From positions 1 through 12,754 of the forward strand of contig CAZSOZ010000011.1 of assembly GCA_964608675.1 (NCBI GenBank): 12,754 nucleotides of DNA, in the 5' to 3' direction. The position numbers and the translations under genes were made by a program. This document shows positions 6,312 to 12,754 of the stretch, in pieces (the first letter of the stretch is position 1; every line of letters begins with the position of its first letter). This DNA is from an uncultured archaeon. GTDB taxonomy: Archaea; Iainarchaeota; Iainarchaeia; Iainarchaeales; 1-14-0-10-31-34. The notes under the pieces were generated by a model. The model was not told where the DNA came from. It saw only the letters and a program-made list of their open reading frames with translations, and searched no databases.

Positions 6312-6977
6312 TCACTTTGAAACCTTTTTTCTTATTTCGTCAGAAACTTTCATCGAAGTTGTTTTTGACAAAGCATTAATTGTTGCTCTAATGAAATTTA
6401 ATTTTGTGTCTGTTGCACCCCTTGTTTTGCTCCATACATCTTTTATTCCCACAAATCTGAATACTTCCTGTATATCATTTCCTGCAACTAATCCTGTTCC
6501 TTTTGGGGCAGGAAACAAACTTATTTTAACTGAACTTGATTTTCCTGTTACTTTGAATGGAATTGAATGACCTGTTCCGCAGGTGCATTCCCATGAACCG
6601 CATCCTTTTCTTGTTCTAGTTAAATTTAATTTTGCTTTTCTTGTGGCTTTTCTTATTGCAGGCCATTTTTCTTTATGTTTTCCTGTTCCTATTCCTATGT
6701 ACTGGTTTTTGTCTCCGATTATTACTGTTGCCCTGAAAGCAAACTGTCTTCCTGCTCTTCTTACTTTAGTTGTTTTTTTAAAGTCAACCATTTTTTCTTC
6801 TAAATCTGGAAGGAGATAGTCTGTTATTTGAGGTTCAATTAAAGGGAGCTTTGATTCCATTGCTTCTTTCATTGAATTTATTTCTCCGCTTTTAACTTTT
6901 TTTCCCAGAATTGTTTTGGGAATCCATTCTTCTTCTTCTCTTTTTCTTCCTTTTTCTTTAGCTTCTTTTTCAGCCAT
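6312..6977 (-). CDS. rps5: 30S ribosomal protein uS5
   Basis: WIPKT.LG..VK.GEI, GCGSWEC.CG..HSIPFKVTGK, PAPKGTGLVAG, GIKDVWS.T.G.T. Confidence 0.97.
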   Translation of the reverse strand: MAEKEAKEKGRKREEEEWIPKTILGKKVKSGEINSMKEAMESKLPLIEPQITDYLLPDLEEKMVDFKKTTKVRRAGRQFAFRATVIIGDKNQYIGIGTGKHKEKWPAIRKATRKAKLNLTRTRKGCGSWECTCGTGHSIPFKVTGKSSSVKISLFPAPKGTGLVAGNDIQEVFRFVGIKDVWSKTRGATDTKLNFIRATINALSKTTSMKVSDEIRKKVSK

Positions 6978-7559
6978 TTAATCCTCACCATATTTTTTCT
7001 TTATTTCATTTAAAGTATTTTCAAAATGCTGGTTTATTTTGTTTTTTTCTATTCCTTTTTTTGCGTATTCTGCAAAATGTTTTTTGAATTTTTCTTCTTC
7101 TAATGAACTTAAATATTTTTCCATTTTTTTTCCGTTTAATTTTTCTTCTTTTGGAAATGCTTTTTCATCAAAAGGAATATTTAATTTTGCGTCAACTGCT
7201 CCTTTTAATGCAGCAAAAATTATTGAGCCGTGTACAGGAGTGTTTCTTCCAATGTCCAGCACTGCTTCTTTTACGTCTTTTGTTTTTTTGGCGCACAAAA
7301 ATCCGGTTAAATAAGCTGAAGGAATATTTTTTGTGTTAAGCTTCCATCCAAATTTTTTTAATTGATTTGAATTGCAGTGCGCTAAAACAATATCGCCTTC
7401 CTTTTTGTATTGAATTAACTGGACAGTTAATGTTTTGTTGCTTTTTCTTACAACCAGCCTTGGCTTTTTTCCTTTTAATAAAGCAAGCCTTTTTTTGTAG
7501 TTTGTTTTGCCTGTTTTTCTTCTTCTGAATTTTACTTCAAATGTAGCTTTTTGGCTCAC
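6978..7559 (-). CDS. rpl18: 50S ribosomal protein uL18 (GTG start)
   Basis: FRRRKTGKTNYKKRLALLK, RLVVRKSN, NIPSAYLTGFL, AVLDIG, FAALKGAVDA. GTGA overlap with the eL19 stop. Confidence 0.96.
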   Translation of the reverse strand: MSQKATFEVKFRRRKTGKTNYKKRLALLKGKKPRLVVRKSNKTLTVQLIQYKKEGDIVLAHCNSNQLKKFGWKLNTKNIPSAYLTGFLCAKKTKDVKEAVLDIGRNTPVHGSIIFAALKGAVDAKLNIPFDEKAFPKEEKLNGKKMEKYLSSLEEEKFKKHFAEYAKKGIEKNKINQHFENTLNEIKKKYGED

Positions 7560-7996
7560 TTTTTATCACCTTTTACTGCGGATTCAATGTATTTTTTTCC
7601 TTTAAAATAATTTCCTTTAATTCTTCTGTAAATTTTTCCGTATTCTCCTTTTTCCATTTCTGTTTTTTCTTTTAATTCCCTTAATTTTTTTCTTTGTGCT
7701 CTTATATTTTTCATCCATGTTTTTTTCTTGTTTACTCTTGTTTTTGTGGTTCCTTTTCTTTTTCCTTTGCCTCTTTTTCTTCCTTTTTTTTTCTTTTCTT
7801 TAAGTTTTCTTGCTCTTCCTCTGCTCTGATAAGCATTCTTTCTTTTTTTTACTATTCCGTCTTTTATTAATTGTCTTACATCTTCTTTTGTCATGCTTTC
7901 TGCTATTCTGTTTCTTTCTTTTTCTGAGAAAACAATTCTGCTTTCGCCTACTTTGAGTATTTCCGCTGCCATTCTTCTTATTTTATTTAACTGCAT
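7556..7996 (-). CDS. rpl19e: 50S ribosomal protein eL19
   Basis: RRMAAEILKVGESRI, SRGRAR, KGRKRG.GKRKG, WM..IRAQR..LRELK, KGNYF. Confidence 0.96.
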   Translation of the reverse strand: MQLNKIRRMAAEILKVGESRIVFSEKERNRIAESMTKEDVRQLIKDGIVKKRKNAYQSRGRARKLKEKKKKGRKRGKGKRKGTTKTRVNKKKTWMKNIRAQRKKLRELKEKTEMEKGEYGKIYRRIKGNYFKGKKYIESAVKGDKK

Positions 7997-8007
7997 TTTT
8001 TATCCCT

Positions 8008-8613
8008 CTAATTAAGTACCCTTAAATTCATTTCTTTTGCGGTTTTAAGAATTTCTTTTCTGTTTTTTTTTCCTATTGTTCTTTTGATTCTGATTACAGC
8101 ATTTTTTTCTTTTATTTTTTTTATTTCTGCAAGGTTATTCACATAAATTTCTTTTAATCCTGATGGATGCAGGTTTCTTATTTCTTTTGATGTCCTGTAT
8201 CCTGTTTTTGGTTTTGCTCCGTCTTCTTTTTTTAATTTAAAATCAATTCCTGTGGGTTTTCTCCATTTATCCCATTTTTTTATTGATTTTCGTCTAAGCC
8301 ATTTTTTTCCGAAATGCCCTCTTATTACAGGGCTCTTTTTTTCTTTTATTTTTTCTTGTAGTTTTTTTTGTTCTTCTGTTTTTTTTATTTTGTTGACTGC
8401 TTTTGGTTTCTTTTTTTCTTTTGGTTTCTGGACAAAAGGCTTTTTTTCTTCTTGTTTTTCTGTTTTTTCTTTAGGGTTAAATGAATTTTCTTTTTTTTCC
8501 TGAATTTCTTTAATTTTTTTTTTGTCGGTTTTCTCTTTTGATTTATTTTCTGTTTTTTCTTTTGTTTCAGCTTGTTTAATTGCTTCTTCTTTTTCGCCTG
8601 CTTCTTTTGCCAT
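8008..8613 (-). CDS. rpl32e: 50S ribosomal protein eL32 with ~80-aa charged N-terminal extension
   Basis: WRKPTGID.K, P..GYR....R.LHPSG..E..V.N, IRI..IGKK.R..I...A...LRVLN. Between uL6 and eL19, with GGTGA SD at 8621-8625. Confidence 0.94.
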   Translation of the reverse strand: MAKEAGEKEEAIKQAETKEKTENKSKEKTDKKKIKEIQEKKENSFNPKEKTEKQEEKKPFVQKPKEKKKPKAVNKIKKTEEQKKLQEKIKEKKSPVIRGHFGKKWLRRKSIKKWDKWRKPTGIDFKLKKEDGAKPKTGYRTSKEIRNLHPSGLKEIYVNNLAEIKKIKEKNAVIRIKRTIGKKNRKEILKTAKEMNLRVLN

Positions 8614-9149
8614 TATTCATTCACCTTTCTTTCTGTTAAATATATTCCGTCCTGGAAAATTCTTTGATCACGGTTTTTTATTGCTGTGGCTTTTTCAAGG
8701 TTTGCTGCTGTTTGTCCTATTTCTTCTTTGTTTATTCCGGTTAGCGTTATTTCTTTTCCTTTTACTTCTACTTTTGTTTCTCCGATTATTTTTGATTTTC
8801 TTGGATTTTTTTCTCCTACAAAATTGTTTATTTCAATGGTTTTTCCTTTTACTGCTACATTTATTGGAAAGTGAGAAAAGACAATCTGCATTTTGTAGGT
8901 ATATCCTTTGTTTGTTCCTTCAACCATGTTTTTTATGTGTGCTTCAACTGTATTTATTGTTGTTTTTGCTCTTTTTGATTTCATATGAGAAAAAATTGTT
9001 ATTTTGTTGTCATTTAATTCAATTTTTACTTTTGTGTGTGCAAAATCTCTTTCTATTGCTCCGTTTTTTCCGGTTATTTTTATTTTGCTTTTATTTACTT
9101 CTGCTTTTGTCCCTTCTGGCACTTTAATTGTTTTTGGCTGTGCTTTCAT
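8613..9149 (-). CDS. rpl6: 50S ribosomal protein uL6
   Basis: AHIKNMVEG..GYTYKM.IVFSHFPI, NFVGEK.PR, GQTAANLE.AT.IK.RD.RIFQDGIY. Confidence 0.97.
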   Translation of the reverse strand: MKAQPKTIKVPEGTKAEVNKSKIKITGKNGAIERDFAHTKVKIELNDNKITIFSHMKSKRAKTTINTVEAHIKNMVEGTNKGYTYKMQIVFSHFPINVAVKGKTIEINNFVGEKNPRKSKIIGETKVEVKGKEITLTGINKEEIGQTAANLEKATAIKNRDQRIFQDGIYLTERKVNE

Positions 9150-9166
9150 TTTTTTTCACCGTTATT

Positions 9167-9559
9167 TTAATAAACAAAGGCAATAAGCCTTCCTCCAATT
9201 CCTTGTTTTTTTGCTTCTTGGTGGAGCATTACTCCTTTTGGAGTTGAAACAATCAATATTCCTATGTCTTTTGCAGGCAGAAATCTTTTTTCATATTTTT
9301 CGTATTCATTTTTTTTAACAGAATACCTTGGTTTTATTGCCCTGCATTCGTTTATTTTTCCGTTTAATTCTACTTTGAACATTCCGTCTCTGCCGTCATC
9401 TATTAGTTCGTATTTTTGTATGAATCCTTTTTTTAGTAGAATTTTCAGTATTTCTGTAATTAATTTTGATGCAGGCCTGAACATGCATTGTTTTTTTGAC
9501 GCCATTTCGTGGTTTTTCAGGTTTATTAATGTATCTGCTACTGGATCAGTTAAACTCAT
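9167..9559 (-). CDS. rps8: 30S ribosomal protein uS8
   Basis: DPVAD.L..LKN.E, PASKL, IDDGRDG, GKIN.C.AIKPR, EKRFLPA, IVSTPKGVM.H.EA, GGRLIAFVY. Confidence 0.97.
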   Translation of the reverse strand: MSLTDPVADTLINLKNHEMASKKQCMFRPASKLITEILKILLKKGFIQKYELIDDGRDGMFKVELNGKINECRAIKPRYSVKKNEYEKYEKRFLPAKDIGILIVSTPKGVMLHQEAKKQGIGGRLIAFVY

Positions 9560-9569
9560 TTACTCACCT

Positions 9570-9704
9570 TTAATTATATTTTTTGAACCCCATTTTTTTT
9601 GCTCTTTCTTTAAAGCATCTTCTGCATATCTGCATTCCGTATTTTCTTATTACTCCTCTTCTGCTTCCGCAGACAGTACAGCTTGCTTCTTTTTTGTTAA
9701 TCAT
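9570..9704 (-). CDS. rps14: 30S ribosomal protein uS14 (zinc-binding, 44 aa; not in ORF track)
   Basis: Manual translation: MINKKEASCTVCGSRRGVIRKYGMQICRRCFKERAKKMGFKKYN*. CxxC...IRKYG..ICRxCF...GFKKY signature. ATGA overlap with the uL5 stop. Confidence 0.95.
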   Translation of the reverse strand: MINKKEASCTVCGSRRGVIRKYGMQICRRCFKERAKKMGFKKYN

Positions 9705-10210
9705 TTGACTTCAACTCCAAATTCTTTTTTAATAAAGTTTATTGCTTCTTCTTTTGTAATCCTGTGTTTTTTTGGAATCTTTTTTTTGTTTTTTTTTCTT
9801 CTTTTTATTCGGTATCCTTTTTTTTCCAAGCTCACTAAAACATCGAATCCTTTTATTCCCAGTTGAGGGTCATATTTTACTCCCTGCAAATCAATGTATT
9901 CTTTTATTCCGAACCCGAAATTTCCTGTTTGATCAAAATTTTTTTCTGATAAAATATTTTCTTTTGCTTTAAAAGCTTTTTGCAGGAATTCTTTTGCTTT
10001 TTCTTTTCTTAGCGTTACTTTTATTCCTATTGGAAGGCCCGGCCGGATTCCCCAGATAGGCTGTTTTATTTTGCATTTTGTCTGGATTGTTTTTGTTCCT
10101 GTTATTTTTTCTATTATTTCTTGTCCTTTTTTTAGTTCTTCCCCTGCTTCTCCTACGCCCATGTTTATTACAATTTTTTCTATTCTGATTTCTTTCATCG
10201 GGTTTTCCAT
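9701..10210 (-). CDS. rpl5: 50S ribosomal protein uL5
   Basis: NPMKEIRIEKIVINMGVGEAG, PIGIKVTLR, FD.TGNFGFGIKEYID, YDP.LGI.G.DV. Confidence 0.97.
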   Translation of the reverse strand: MENPMKEIRIEKIVINMGVGEAGEELKKGQEIIEKITGTKTIQTKCKIKQPIWGIRPGLPIGIKVTLRKEKAKEFLQKAFKAKENILSEKNFDQTGNFGFGIKEYIDLQGVKYDPQLGIKGFDVLVSLEKKGYRIKRRKKNKKKIPKKHRITKEEAINFIKKEFGVEVK

Positions 10211-10219
10211 TTTTTACAC

Positions 10220-10930
10220 CTATAATTCTATTTCCGGTTTTTTTTCCCCTATTACAAAAACATTTGGTTCAGTTGTTTTGAATTCTTTTTCTTTTGTTTT
10301 TAGTTTTACTCTTTTGAACCTGTTAATTGTTCCAGGAATGATTTCTTCTATTTTTGCTGTTTGTCCGGCATAACTCCCAGCTGTTATGTATACAAGGCTC
10401 CCTTTTTTTTCTGGAAGTTTTTCTATTATTTTTTGTTCAGGAAGAGAAATTTTTATTGAATCCCCTACTTTTAAGTCTGTTTTTTTTTCTATAAATGTTC
10501 TGCCATCATGTGTATTTAATTGGATTCCTTTTTTTACTGATTTTTTTCCTGTTATCCTGCACAATTTAAATGGTTTTTTTTCTTCTGTTTTTATTGCTTT
10601 AAGACGTCCTTTTGAATCAAGGACCATTCTGTAATTTTCTTTTATGCCTTCTATTGAAATAAAATCAAATAATCCTATTGGAAATTGTTTGTCTTTTCTT
10701 TCTTTTCCGTCAATTTTTATTTTTCCCTGGCTTAAAATGTTTTTTGTTTCTTTTGTATTTGAGGAATGATTAAGTATGTCTCTTAATAAGAATCCTAATG
10801 GAACAGACTGTTTGTGGTTATGAGGCCCGGATTTTAATTTTATGGTGAAAGTGTTTTCTTTTCGGTTCATTCTTCTCACTTTCTCTGCTGAAAGTCTTTT
10901 TTGTTTTTTATTGCTTCCTTTTTTGGCCAT
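10220..10930 (-). CDS. rps4e: 30S ribosomal protein eS4
   Basis: KRLSA, GPH...SVPL..LLRD, IDGK.RKD..FPIGLFD, QLN.HDGR, VFVIG. Confidence 0.96.
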   Translation of the reverse strand: MAKKGSNKKQKRLSAEKVRRMNRKENTFTIKLKSGPHNHKQSVPLGFLLRDILNHSSNTKETKNILSQGKIKIDGKERKDKQFPIGLFDFISIEGIKENYRMVLDSKGRLKAIKTEEKKPFKLCRITGKKSVKKGIQLNTHDGRTFIEKKTDLKVGDSIKISLPEQKIIEKLPEKKGSLVYITAGSYAGQTAKIEEIIPGTINRFKRVKLKTKEKEFKTTEPNVFVIGEKKPEIEL

Positions 10931-11373
10931 TATTTTTCCTCCTTTTTAGTCTTTTCCTTTTTTTCTTGTTTTGTTTTTGTTTCTTTGTTTTCTTCTGTTT
11001 TTTCAGTTTTTTCTTCTTCTTTTGTTTTTTTGTTTCTTTTCAGTCTTTTTTCGTCTTTTTTGTCCAGTTCAATTATCATTAAATTGCTTGCTTTAAACGG
11101 AATAAGTTTTTCGGTTCCATCTGCTTTTTTTCTTGTTATTTTATCTATAAACACTTTTACTTTTTTGTGGTCTACTCTTGCGATTTTTCCTTCCTTTTTT
11201 TTATGTTTTCCTCTTAAAATTTTTACTTTATCTTCTTTTTTTATCATCAAACTTCTCTTTCCTGTGGATTTTTGCAGTTCTTTGTTTAAGTGTGCATTCA
11301 GCGCTTTATTCCTTTTATGCATTTTTGCGTGATAAAATCTTTTCCTTTGTTTTGACGGTTTTTTTGTTTTCAT
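10930..11373 (-). CDS. rpl24: 50S ribosomal protein uL24 with Lys/Glu/Thr-rich C-terminal tail
   Basis: KPSKQRK, A.L.KEL, RS..IKK.DKVKILRG, KADGTE, SNLMI.EL. Start moved to ATG 11373 (MKTKKPS), downstream of the uL14 stop and a GAGGG SD. The track's 11424 start lies inside uL14. Confidence 0.94.
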   Translation of the reverse strand: MKTKKPSKQRKRFYHAKMHKRNKALNAHLNKELQKSTGKRSLMIKKEDKVKILRGKHKKKEGKIARVDHKKVKVFIDKITRKKADGTEKLIPFKASNLMIIELDKKDEKRLKRNKKTKEEEKTEKTEENKETKTKQEKKEKTKKEEK

Positions 11374-11384
11374 TTTTTTTTCCC

Positions 11385-11783
11385 TCATACAATTCCTTGT
11401 GCTATTCCTGCTACTTTCGGCCATCTTTCTCCAACTTCTTTTGCAACAATTCCTTTTATTTCTGAAGCTTTTGGAAGCCCTTTGTCGTCAACTAACACAA
11501 CAGCATTGTCTTCAAATTTTATTCTTGTTCCGTCTCTTCTTCTGTATTCTTTTTTTGTTCTGATTATTACTGCTCTTTCAACTTTTTTTCTTATTTCGGG
11601 TTTTCCTTTTTTTACAACTACATTAACCATGTCTGCAATTCCTGCTTTTTGGGACATTCTTTTTCTTGATTTAAAGTTAAATACTGTGATTATTTCCACT
11701 ATTTTTGCTCCGCTATTGTCTGCACAAACACATCTTGTTTTTTGTGTTAATCCTTTTGTGGGGCTTGCATTAATTGCTTTCAT
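11385..11783 (-). CDS. rpl14: 50S ribosomal protein uL14
   Basis: CADNSGAK, VKKGKPE.RK, AVIIR.KKEYRR.DG.RIKFEDNAVV, IKG.VAKE. Confidence 0.97.
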   Translation of the reverse strand: MKAINASPTKGLTQKTRCVCADNSGAKIVEIITVFNFKSRKRMSQKAGIADMVNVVVKKGKPEIRKKVERAVIIRTKKEYRRRDGTRIKFEDNAVVLVDDKGLPKASEIKGIVAKEVGERWPKVAGIAQGIV

Positions 11784-12067
11784 TTTTCTACCTCTAAAAC
11801 AACAAAACTTTTTGTTTTGCTTAACCTTCTTGTTTCTCCTATTTTTACTAGGTCTCCTTCTGTTGCATTAATGCATTCAGGGTTGTGTGCAGTAATTTTT
11901 GATTTTATTTTTTTGTATCTTTCATATTTTGGAACTTTTTTTGTAAGTGTTCTTTCAATAATGACTGTTTTGTTTCCTTTGCTGCTTATTATTTTTCCTG
12001 TGAATACGTTTCCCCTTACTTTTACTTTCCCGTGTTTTGCGCATTTATTGTCATTGCATTCAGTCAT
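11780..12067 (-). CDS. rps17: 30S ribosomal protein uS17
   Basis: C.D.KC..HG.V.VRG, KYERY.K..SKI.AHNP.C, GD.V.IGETR.LSKTKSFVV. Confidence 0.97.
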   Translation of the reverse strand: MTECNDNKCAKHGKVKVRGNVFTGKIISSKGNKTVIIERTLTKKVPKYERYKKIKSKITAHNPECINATEGDLVKIGETRRLSKTKSFVVLEVEK

Positions 12068-12359
12068 TTTTTTTCCTCCAAAACATCTTTATTCTGTCTT
12101 CCGGTTTAAACAAAATTTTTTTTCCCTGTAATTTTATTTTTTTTTCGTTTAAATTAAATTCTATTTCTACTTCTTTTTTTGGTATTTTTTTTTCTCCTTT
12201 TTTTGTTTCCAAAACCAATAATTTTTTTGTTTCTTTTACAATTTTTCCTTTGATTTTTTTTGTTTTGTCTGTGCTTTTTGTTATTTTTGCATTCATTCCG
12301 TTTAATTCATGCATTCCAATGTTTTTTTCTGTAATATTGTATTTATCTTCAAACATCAA
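12060..12359 (-). CDS. rnp1: ribonuclease P protein component 1 (Rpp29/Pop4)
   Basis: IT..NI..HEL.G, G.IV.ETK, IPK, G..I..KPEDRIK. Conserved position between SUI1 and uS17. Confidence 0.92.
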   Translation of the reverse strand: MMFEDKYNITEKNIGMHELNGMNAKITKSTDKTKKIKGKIVKETKKLLVLETKKGEKKIPKKEVEIEFNLNEKKIKLQGKKILFKPEDRIKMFWRKKND

Positions 12360-12651
12360 TTAATTCCTCTTTGTATCCTTGTTTTAAAAGCACGTTTTTC
12401 ATGTTTTTTTTGTGGTCTCCCTGTAATTCTATTTCAGTTCCTTTTACTGTTCCCCCGCAGGCAAATTTCTTTTTCAGGGTTTTTTCCAGTTCTTTTGCGG
12501 ATTCATGGTTTTCAAGTCCTTGTATTACAGTCACAAATTTTCTGAATTTTGTTCTTTTTACGAATATTTTTATTTTTTGGTTTTCTTTTGCTATTTCCTG
12601 ACAAACGCAAAGGTTTTTTGGAAGACCGCAGATTTGACACACTTCATTCAT
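12349..12651 (-). CDS. sui1: translation initiation factor SUI1 homologue (aIF1)
   Basis: C.ICGLP..LCVC.EIAKE.Q, VTVIQG, LKKKFACGGTVK..IELQGDH. Confidence 0.95.
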   Translation of the reverse strand: MNEVCQICGLPKNLCVCQEIAKENQKIKIFVKRTKFRKFVTVIQGLENHESAKELEKTLKKKFACGGTVKGTEIELQGDHKKNMKNVLLKQGYKEELIDV

Positions 12652-12668
12652 TTATTTTCATTTCCTCC

Positions 12669-12754
<86 letters not shown>

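Noticed and set aside
10959-10976. 18-nt match TTTTTTCTTGTTTTGTTT shared with 1351-1368
   Set aside because: Low-complexity K/E/T-coding sequence, so a chance match is plausible. Not evidence of a repeat element.
11374-11424. N-terminal extension of uL24 suggested by the ORF track
   Set aside because: It overlaps uL14. ATG 11373 has an SD and matches the family N-terminus.

Overview
This window is an archaeal translation superoperon, entirely on the minus strand. In transcription order: SUI1, rnp1, uS17, uL14, uL24, eS4, uL5, uS14, uS8, uL6, eL32, eL19, uL18, uS5, uL30, uL15, secY, DUF106, eL34, cmk-like, eL14, uS13, uS4, uS11, rpoD, and an intron-containing tRNA-Leu(UAA). uS14 (9570-9704) and eL14 (2464-2640) are missing from the ORF track and were translated by hand. 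The eS4/eL32/eL19/eL34/eL14/Rpp29/RpoD set makes it archaeal. The AT richness, divergence and compactness suggest a DPANN lineage (inference only). This is core genome, and I see no mobile element, CRISPR or defence system. Points worth checking: a full-length Cmk homologue that has lost its P-loop and other expected catalytic residues; absence of adk after secY, where a perfect 13-bp inverted repeat of promoter-like arms sits instead; direct fusion of the spc and alpha operons; long Lys/Glu extensions on uS4, eL32 and uL24; and a 56-nt hairpin intron in tRNA-Leu. Both window ends decay into poly-T and are probably unreliable.
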